In this document: in pieces, positions 44,101-50,521 of the stretch
Numbering within the stretch: position 1 is the stretch's first letter
Layout: every line of letters begins with the position of its first letter
Virus record (IMG/VR): IMGVR_UViG_3300020042_004377
Span: 1-50,521 of that record
From: a virus
Lineage: Duplodnaviria; Caudoviricetes
Length of the DNA: 50,521 nt
Direction: 5' to 3' (one strand)
Made by a program: the position numbers and the translations under genes
Notes under the pieces: generated by a model
The model's input: only the letters and a program-made list of their open reading frames with translations
What the model was told of the DNA's origin: nothing
The model's database searches: none

Positions 44101-47100
44101 TTCTCTTTCAACTGGGTACGGAACGCATCATTACTCCACACTTCTGCTACAAACTCTTGCAGGCTCTTTGCGCCATACGCCCCATCGACATCGGCTTGAA
44201 GTTGCTTGAATATCTGCTCCAACTGCTTGGTCACGGGGTGGGACGGATTGGCAATCATATGGGACAGCCCAGCGTGAGCCGCTTCGTGCAAGAACTCGTA
44301 GTCGGTGGCGTCTTTCCGCAAGTAGATTGTGTTGGTCTTGGGGTCGTACATCGACTCAGGCGCACCGTACACCAGCTTCACATCACCCAGCAGCCGGGAC
44401 AATACATCGGCAATCTGTGCAACACGCTCGGACGAGGCGGTGCCACCAAAGGCACGCATAGCTCCGACGAAATTGCCACGCTCCAACATTCCAATCACAG
44501 CCGGGTGGGCTGTGGTGTACAACTGAGCAACTTCTGGTGACGCAAGCAACGTATTCAGATCGTTGTCAGCGATGTAGTCCATATCTGCATCAGCACCCTC
44601 GTACTGCTCCAAGGCGGCGCGTGCATACTCCCGCGCTTTCTTGCGGTTCTTGTTGGGTTTGATGCCAAATTCTTTTACATCCTCTGCCATGTCTTTCAGA
44701 GCAGCCTTCTCGGACGCTTCGGCCTTGATGCCTTCTTCTTTGATTTGGACTTTGGTAGCCTTTTTTACTTTGGTTTGGCGATCTTGACGTTCTTTTGAAA
44801 CCCGAGCCCTGAGTTCTTCTTTTTCGTATTGAGCAATATTTTTGTCTAAAAACGCCACGCTCTCAGGAGACAGATTGGCGCGTGCCCATTCAGCAGCATT
44901 TTTGGCGTGCTTGCCCCCCTGCCCTTGAAACATGGAGGCTTCGCCTTCCCAAGCAAAGAATGGTTCCGGTCCCGTGGGAAAACCTTCGGGGGCTTTGTAG
45001 TCCCCCTCAAACGCTTTCATTTTGGAGTTACGGTACGCCGTAGGTTGCCGCACTAAATCATCAGCAATCCATTTCAGCGCATCACGAACAGGTATCCTTC
45101 CAAAATAGGCAGTGGCGTCCTTCTCTTGCGAAGACATTTCTCCACGCTTGCGCTTGCCCAGCTTGGTGTTAACAGCCGCCTCATCAGGCGTGAACTTGGC
45201 CTTCTCTATATCCTCAAGAGACGCACCAAGAGTCGGTTCTTCCACCTTTTTGGTAGTGGGAGCCGCAGTAGTTTTGCCAGTAGCTGCCTTTCGTCCCTTA
45301 GAAGGTACGGTAGGGGGTACAGAAGCAACATCAGCAATAGTAGAAGTATCTTCAATTGGGGCTCCCGTTACTGGAGGGGCTGAAGGTTCTTCTCCAACAG
45401 CAGGCTGTGCAACATCCTGTCCAGTAGGAACCACTCCATCTCGTTGAGGTGGTTCAAGTCCCTCGGTGGGGGCTCCTGTAACGGGCTGTGTAGCCACGCC
45501 AACGCCTGCTCCACTTGCTGTGGTGTCAACTCCTGCAACATTAGGCACTCCTTTTAGTTCGGCGCGGATAGCCTCCACCTGCTGGGGGTCAAAGGTAGAG
45601 ATAAGATCGTTGTACGCCGTTTCGTTAATCCTGCCTTTGAAACTGGGGTTCTCTACCGTCTGAATCAACTGACGTTGACCCTCGGGTGTGGAAATATCTA
45701 TGTTATTTAAAAACTGCCCTACCTTGGAACGCTTAACTATGCCAAGCTGTTCTGCAACGTTTGAAACAACAGGAGGGGCAGGAGGTTGTGCCCCCGGTAA
45801 AAACAAACCTTCTTCATTAGGTGTAGCAGTAGTGAATCCACTCAATGCGCTTTTCTCTGCATCAAGTTTCAACTGCTGTTCTTTTAATTTAGCGATTTCA
45901 GCATCAAGTTCCGCATATGCTTTAGAACCGGGACGAGCGGCATCCATCCGTGCTTGCAGAATTGCCAATTCATCGGGCATGTATTTAAACGCAGCCTCAA
46001 GATCAGCCTGTCGTTTAGCCCGTGATGCAGCAAGTTGATCTTCGTACTCGGCGGCTTTTTCTGGGGTCAGTGAACCAGCCGCACGCTCTTGGTCGTACTG
46101 TGCTTGCAATGCAACTTCAGCTTCTTTTGTGTTGCTGTAATCCGTGTATGCAGTACGGTAATTTGATATGCCTGTGGGTACGCCAAACATCCCACCGCCC
46201 ACGGCTCCTTTAACAAACGCTTCCTTGTACCGTTGGACGTTCTCTGGAGACAGCAATTCTTTTGCGCTTCCAGCAACTTGCTCTGCATACGCTCCAATAA
46301 ACTCTTGTGTGCCTTCGGTCAAACCCTCTACAGCCGCCGCTTTGGGCACTTCTTTGAGCAGGTTCTTCCACACGCTGGGTTTTGCACCCGAATTCTTTGC
46401 CATCTCTGCAATGATCTTGGCCTTGCCGTAACCACCCAAAGTGCTCAATGTTTGGGCAGGGAGCACTGAGTCCAACACAGCACTCAACCCACCGTATAAA
46501 GCAGAAATGCTGGGCTCCAACTGACCCGTTTCACGATAGATGTTTTCAAAAATTTCAGGAGCGGTTTGGGCGTATGAACCCAAGAACACACCAGCCTGCA
46601 TACCTCGTTTAGCGCCTTGTGCAGCGGCAGCTTTTACGATGGGAGCGGCAAGAGCCTCACGTCCAGCAACACCAGCAGTAGCGGCTCTCAATGCAGCGCC
46701 ACCCACCACCCGCGACCCAACAGCGCCCAAACCCACGCCAGGAATAATTGCCGTTGCCGCAGTGGGCACAAGTTCGCCGCCCGTCTCAGCCACAAACTCC
46801 AAGGCGTCCCCCGGACCTTTAACCTCTTTGTACGAACGAAACCGTGTGGGGTATTTCTCTTCCAGTTGTTCACGACTGGTTTGCGCCTCTGCCAACTGAC
46901 GTTCTGCGTATTCATTTGCGCCTACCGCAGTGCCAATCATGGCGGGCAACGTGTCTCCAGCCGCAATACCCAATTCACCCAGCCCCCGCATTGCCCCGCG
47001 CTTAAAGATTGTGCCAAGGCTGGCCTCTGGTTTTGGCGCAGGAAAATCATATTTTTCCGCCAGTCGATACACCAACGAATTGAATTGCGCGGGTGACAAA

Positions 47101-47153
47101 TCGTCGGGAAAACTAACGTCCCCTACTTTTGGAAAATTGATAATCATGGTCAA
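41145..47153 (-). CDS. Large polyvalent virion/ejection protein with a zincin-like metallopeptidase and a PLxRFG-like region
   Basis: 2002 aa; Gly/Ala-rich hydrophobic N-part; YDPKTNTIYL..FLHEAAH..EFVAE; YSPLYREGEY; helical C-terminus; last gene of the late arm. Confidence 0.7.
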   Translation of the reverse strand: MTMIINFPKVGDVSFPDDLSPAQFNSLVYRLAEKYDFPAPKPEASLGTIFKRGAMRGLGELGIAAGDTLPAMIGTAVGANEYAERQLAEAQTSREQLEEKYPTRFRSYKEVKGPGDALEFVAETGGELVPTAATAIIPGVGLGAVGSRVVGGAALRAATAGVAGREALAAPIVKAAAAQGAKRGMQAGVFLGSYAQTAPEIFENIYRETGQLEPSISALYGGLSAVLDSVLPAQTLSTLGGYGKAKIIAEMAKNSGAKPSVWKNLLKEVPKAAAVEGLTEGTQEFIGAYAEQVAGSAKELLSPENVQRYKEAFVKGAVGGGMFGVPTGISNYRTAYTDYSNTKEAEVALQAQYDQERAAGSLTPEKAAEYEDQLAASRAKRQADLEAAFKYMPDELAILQARMDAARPGSKAYAELDAEIAKLKEQQLKLDAEKSALSGFTTATPNEEGLFLPGAQPPAPPVVSNVAEQLGIVKRSKVGQFLNNIDISTPEGQRQLIQTVENPSFKGRINETAYNDLISTFDPQQVEAIRAELKGVPNVAGVDTTASGAGVGVATQPVTGAPTEGLEPPQRDGVVPTGQDVAQPAVGEEPSAPPVTGAPIEDTSTIADVASVPPTVPSKGRKAATGKTTAAPTTKKVEEPTLGASLEDIEKAKFTPDEAAVNTKLGKRKRGEMSSQEKDATAYFGRIPVRDALKWIADDLVRQPTAYRNSKMKAFEGDYKAPEGFPTGPEPFFAWEGEASMFQGQGGKHAKNAAEWARANLSPESVAFLDKNIAQYEKEELRARVSKERQDRQTKVKKATKVQIKEEGIKAEASEKAALKDMAEDVKEFGIKPNKNRKKAREYARAALEQYEGADADMDYIADNDLNTLLASPEVAQLYTTAHPAVIGMLERGNFVGAMRAFGGTASSERVAQIADVLSRLLGDVKLVYGAPESMYDPKTNTIYLRKDATDYEFLHEAAHAGLSHMIANPSHPVTKQLEQIFKQLQADVDGAYGAKSLQEFVAEVWSNDAFRTQLKEKYADVPNTSLWDKIVQVVRRMFGFPPKQGNALDMVDTLLNEIVSVPPGQRDGDTLYAQSIKHPNLTQRVFNATDNIIHKQKLVTPETAAQVLGAIEKSGLSLRTFAQRFLNLSALGQIGAKIVGQDSIKFADTVNEMAAYYGNLSKKLQPLKERLQEFSRSDRYGNWADLVNDSTLADVNPSLEPGEASKKYAGSAENLKAYKDLRARYAKLTPTEQQLYKDHFASFKVLFTEIKESIRKNLDETFVDENGNKDKEKALSAYNKIIDQITKMGIDHYSPLYREGEYWLQYTDKNTKQTVQRLFNTQAERRLAQTQVVADGHTGIEEYSRTENMTSKTVPRGTVAAQIVKIMRDGGADDAAVDKFLQLIVSALPETSLLKSFQTRKGTPGYEQDVSKAFSRVTDRTARQLSRMRYSEELQQLLDSMRKQANLKRGDESVRAKELVQEMEARFKFAINPQFSDIARYASTGSFYFNLAGNVSSAVVNTLQTPMVVLPQLGGEYGFIDSGRALLKAANIFKSSGFTRKIVDINGVEITQTGPVRVGLSVENLIGQGQHKQYKGLFTRLDELGLLVESMAHEALNPESLQGIAQKTARVSTAMFHQAERFNREVTAIAAYDLEMARLAKKGIKGEEAQTKAIEKAVRLVEFAHGAGHTESGPSIGQSDLGKILTVFKRFAFTMYYMLFDTMRRSKLLGLPPNADADQIAEAKVARRQLAGVYGMSALFAGAKGLPLYWVAEMAYNALNDDDEDDFDTVMRKYLGELAFKGPLNYFTNLGVADRVGWTDLIYRENKGDKADASALSQILENLLGAPWAVVNSVYRGKELIADGQFERGVEAMLPIALRNVLKGGRYMLEDARTLRGDEVGQVNGYNAAMQVLGFAPADLLAQYEINAYAKKMGDVITKQEKSLLKKYYVAQREGDYERADELRDKLFELGDKYPELKISENTITKSVKARDRISNEMYHGVQVNKKLRPLIERSIEELED

Positions 47154-49714
47154 TCCAGCAAGCTGAAGATATCTTTGGCACCAGAATTAGAACTTTGTGC
47201 AGCATCTGCTTGTGCGTCATTTGAAACTTGCAGTGCTTCTTTTACAAACTGCTGGCGCTCTTGTCTGAGCATTTGATTGGCAATCGTAGGAGCATACTGT
47301 TTTGTCAATTCTTGCATACGCCGTTGTGCGCGGGTCTCATCAAACACTTTGCCTGCGTTAACCCCCACCTGGGCAAGTCGCGCTTCGGCTCCTTTAAGTT
47401 GTGCCCGTGACTGCAAACCCCTCACACCAGCAATCTGCTGCAACTGCCGATCTTTTTGTTCCAACCCTGCACGTTGCAATCCCAGTGAGCCTTGCTGATA
47501 TGCGGCTGTTTGTCCCATCTCTTCGCGTTTGAGGGCAAGTTGTTTGTCTTGCATCTGCAAGGATTTGACGTTACTAGCGTGTTGCATGGCTGCGGCGCTG
47601 TCGCCTTTCTTGAGTGCGACCTTGTATTTAAACATCTCCATGTTCAGCTTGGCGTCATTTTCATCAGCCTCTCGCATGAGCTTATTGCTTTCCTTGACGG
47701 ATGCGGCAAGAGTTGGCGATGCAGCTGCGGCGGCAGAAATCAATCCCGATATACCTTTGCTACCTGATTGCCCAGGACGCGATGCAGCGGCGGCCATAGC
47801 AAACCCATATTCGGCCAAGGCTTGACCCAACATCTTGTCCTTAACTTCTTTGGATTTACCTGATTGTTTATCAATCAAGGCTTGTAGCCCTTTGATATCT
47901 GCTTCGCTTTCTTTGGACAACAGTGTTCGCATCTTGCCGTAGGAGTCAATCAGGTCATCTTCAGAGAACCCTTTTTCAGCGGCAGCTTGTTTTACTGCGG
48001 CTGGCAACTGCGGCATTGAACTTTTGATGGGTTTATTCTTTACCCCTTTGGCTGCTTCACGCTGGGCCATGTAGTCTGCGGTAGCTCTATCAAACGAAGC
48101 AAAATCGTAGAATGGTTTAGGAGTGGAAGCAGCGTCTTCGGCTTTAAGTCTATTCGCCACCTCTGGCGCAGATATTTCTAAAAACCGCATTCTTGTTGCT
48201 TTTTCTGCTTGTTCTTTTGCGTCTTTTATCCCCTGTACTCGCAAGGCATCAAGCTCAAGTTCCCCTGCGCTAGTTGTTGTAGCCATTTCACCGCCATTAG
48301 CAAACGCAACGATGCCCCCGTTTGCGCCTCGTGCAACCTCATACATATTCTCTTGTGCATTGGGGGGAAGCTGATTGAACGCAGCCGACATGCCGCTGCG
48401 ATCTGAGGCACGCTGGGCCAATTCTTTTTCAATGGCCTCTACTGCGTTTACATCCTTACGGGCCTGCGCGTTCTGGTACGCAAGCTGCAACTGCTGGTCA
48501 CTCAGTCCATCGACAATATCCGCAATGTTTTCTTCGCTAGTAACAGAGCCTCGGTCTCCCGCATAAGTCTTAACTTCGCCGCCGTCGGCAAACGCACCCA
48601 TATATTTAAGGCCGGAAGCACCCATGCCCAAACCGGCCAATTGCCCCAACATGCTAGGCGGGGCTTGATACATTGACATGGAAGATGATGAACCCGTAGG
48701 CGTACCACGCAAAATGTCAGACATGAAGCCCAACTGTTTGTATGGGTAGTTCTGCTGGTTCTGGAAGTCTTGGTACGACTGGCTCAAGCCTTGTTGCTCC
48801 AACTGTTGCTGTTGTGCGCCGTAGCCAGCTTGGAGTTTGTTGATATCCAAACCTTGAGAAAACTGTTGTCCACCCAATTGGCCCAATTGACCAGCGGCTT
48901 GTAGCCCGGTCTGGAGCCCTTGCATCCCATAATTGGCACCAAATTGACGAGACTGCTCTCCAAGTTGTTGAGCAGTCATACCCTGCTGTTGATTGGCCAT
49001 CTGAGCCTGTAAATCCCGCCCCTGCTGGGCGTTGAACTGTTGTTGAGCGTTTTGGAACGCTGCATTCTGGCCCTGTGCCTGGATGTCACCCTTTTGAGTA
49101 GCCAAGTTACGAGCAGCTTCAGCGTCCATGATGGCAGCGCGAGAACCGCCAAACGCACCGGAGCGAGTGGCCTGTCCAGCGCGTTGAGTACCTGCAATAT
49201 CCCCCTGCCGTTGCGCTTCACGTTGCTGGATGTCCACCACATTCTGCATGTAGGGGTTCATGTACTGGCTGACGTTCTGACCTGTGTAGTCTTGAGTGCC
49301 AACTTGCTGTGCACCAAATTGATTTGGGTTGTACTGAGAACCTATAGCCCGAGAACCCGCAATCCCTGCCATGCCAGACGCAGCATCTAATTGCGGCGCG
49401 GTCGTCATGTTCTGTGCGCCCGTCATTGACTGCTGCTGCATTGGCGAGAACCCAGCAATGCGGTTTGCATCGTAGGTCTTATACGGATTCTGGTTGATGT
49501 CCGTTAACGCTGATGCCTTGGCCAACGTATCTTTGGCATATGGTCTAGCCCACTCAGGCAATTCCTGAGTTTGGGTCTGGGTTGTATTTGCAGGTTGACT
49601 GCCACCACCGCCAGAACCTCCGCCGCCGTAAATGACACGACCACCTTCTTTACGAGTTACGCACTCGCCCAAAGGTTCACCCATTGCATAAAGTTCACGA
49701 CGAGAGTAGTTCAT
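47150..49714 (-). CDS. Putative DNA ejection/pilot protein (P22 gp7/gp20-like)
   Basis: Likely start MNYSRRE at 49714; leader followed by GGGGSGGGG; Q-rich coiled coil; YMNPY..GAFGGSR; internal FADGG/ANGG motifs. Confidence 0.65.
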   Translation of the reverse strand: MNYSRRELYAMGEPLGECVTRKEGGRVIYGGGGSGGGGSQPANTTQTQTQELPEWARPYAKDTLAKASALTDINQNPYKTYDANRIAGFSPMQQQSMTGAQNMTTAPQLDAASGMAGIAGSRAIGSQYNPNQFGAQQVGTQDYTGQNVSQYMNPYMQNVVDIQQREAQRQGDIAGTQRAGQATRSGAFGGSRAAIMDAEAARNLATQKGDIQAQGQNAAFQNAQQQFNAQQGRDLQAQMANQQQGMTAQQLGEQSRQFGANYGMQGLQTGLQAAGQLGQLGGQQFSQGLDINKLQAGYGAQQQQLEQQGLSQSYQDFQNQQNYPYKQLGFMSDILRGTPTGSSSSMSMYQAPPSMLGQLAGLGMGASGLKYMGAFADGGEVKTYAGDRGSVTSEENIADIVDGLSDQQLQLAYQNAQARKDVNAVEAIEKELAQRASDRSGMSAAFNQLPPNAQENMYEVARGANGGIVAFANGGEMATTTSAGELELDALRVQGIKDAKEQAEKATRMRFLEISAPEVANRLKAEDAASTPKPFYDFASFDRATADYMAQREAAKGVKNKPIKSSMPQLPAAVKQAAAEKGFSEDDLIDSYGKMRTLLSKESEADIKGLQALIDKQSGKSKEVKDKMLGQALAEYGFAMAAAASRPGQSGSKGISGLISAAAAASPTLAASVKESNKLMREADENDAKLNMEMFKYKVALKKGDSAAAMQHASNVKSLQMQDKQLALKREEMGQTAAYQQGSLGLQRAGLEQKDRQLQQIAGVRGLQSRAQLKGAEARLAQVGVNAGKVFDETRAQRRMQELTKQYAPTIANQMLRQERQQFVKEALQVSNDAQADAAQSSNSGAKDIFSLLD

Positions 49715-50115
49715 ATGCTGACCCCAACAATTTTGTATTTTTCCGAAAACCCGTAGCGTGTCCACAAACGAGCAATCGAATCACGGGCTGCGCCTTCAAT
49801 GCAAGTCGCCCCATACTGGGACAAGATTTGCTTTAGTTGCGCGAAAGTTTCTGGGCTGCTGATTAGTTTGCCACCAATAGCAGTGATGAAAGCAACCCGG
49901 TCATGCGGGCGGTTAAAAAACGATACGGTTGCGGCACCTTGTACACCTTGGTCATCTACAGCAACAAGCAACGACCATTGACCAGTGGACACAAATACTT
50001 TAGCAGCCTGAGTGTCATAGTCCCCTTTAGAGAACTTGAGCGCAGAATCAATGAACCCTTCGACCATCGGCCAAACTTGATGGACGTGCCCAATGTCTAC
50101 GGCTTCAACTCTCAT
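49711..50115 (-). CDS. GNAT-like protein (P22 gp14-like position)
   Basis: W.LLVA..GAAT..AFITAIGG..IEGAAR..RLW..YGF; directly upstream of the pilot gene. Confidence 0.55.
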   Translation of the reverse strand: MRVEAVDIGHVHQVWPMVEGFIDSALKFSKGDYDTQAAKVFVSTGQWSLLVAVDDQGVQGAATVSFFNRPHDRVAFITAIGGKLISSPETFAQLKQILSQYGATCIEGAARDSIARLWTRYGFSEKYKIVGVSI

Positions 50116-50521
50116 ACTGGCAAATAGCGTTCGGCTCGGCTGTTTTTGGCAACCTTACCTTTACCCACAGTTTTGCCACGGGCAGATTGGACTCGGTCCA
50201 TCATTGCGTACAGCTTACGGGCACCTGCTTCAGTTGACCCATTGCCCAACTCGGACACGATACGTGCAGGCACCACAAATTCACCATCAGCAAGACGTGC
50301 AGGTTGTTTTTTGCCAATCGTAGCGGGGATAGAGTCAGACACGCCATCTCCAGGACCACGGAGCAGTCGGCCACCATCGGAGTAATCCCCAAGGTTGTAT
50401 CCGCCACCAGCAGCATAAGCGTGCATCAAACCACCATTGGCTTCACCACTATCAGCACCGCCCATTGCTGCGTCACCCGCAGCACTACCGCCGTAACCTC
50501 CGCTGGTATCCGCTCCTGATG
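50112..50521 (-). CDS. Virion protein C-terminus with GPGDGxSDSIPA..LADGEFV motif (partial)
   Basis: Frame stays open to the window end; YAAGG/YSDGG motifs. Confidence 0.7.
   Translation of the reverse strand, partial: SGADTSGGYGGSAAGDAAMGGADSGEANGGLMHAYAAGGGYNLGDYSDGGRLLRGPGDGVSDSIPATIGKKQPARLADGEFVVPARIVSELGNGSTEAGARKLYAMMDRVQSARGKTVGKGKVAKNSRAERYLPV

Noticed and set aside
1-50521. tRNA genes, reverse transcriptase/DGR, alternative genetic code
   Set aside because: No cloverleaf with T-loop consensus or RT motif was noticed by eye, and long genes translate intact in the standard code; a tRNAscan run would be needed to be sure

Overview
The window is most of a tailed dsDNA phage genome, probably podovirus-like with a P22-type head and ejection layout, arranged as two divergent arms. 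The minus strand (1-15.0 kb and 41.1-50.5 kb) carries virion genes: putative terS, terL, portal, GroES-like chaperonin, scaffold, Mu-gpT-like major capsid, head-completion protein, a cluster of small basic proteins, and ejection proteins including a 2002-aa polyvalent protein. The plus strand (15.4-41.0 kb) carries small early genes, a DUF3150/AAA+/vWA module, family A DNA polymerase, a Cas4-like nuclease, SNF2 helicase, an SSB-like protein and a primase-helicase. I saw no integrase, tRNA or CRISPR array. Five signals stand out. (1) Twelve copies of a 17-bp palindrome TTTCATACnGTATGAAA are confined to 15.3-24.1 kb, some paired with a second motif, GAAACAGGTCTC. (2) A sigma70 promoter and an rrn-type boxA precede a ~750-nt hairpin-rich segment with no plus-strand ORF, a candidate large ncRNA. 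(3) A ~78-nt candidate sRNA at 41.07-41.15 kb has an all-pyrimidine loop complementary to the shared ribosome-binding module of the early genes; a second anti-SD-like RNA candidate lies at 33.7 kb. (4) Five otherwise unrelated late proteins share a ~25-aa C-terminal tag (xGG..SASxRADGIAQRGKTKG). (5) Nested inverted repeats surround an AT-rich core, a candidate origin or terminus. All family assignments come from recognising motifs by eye, not from database searches.
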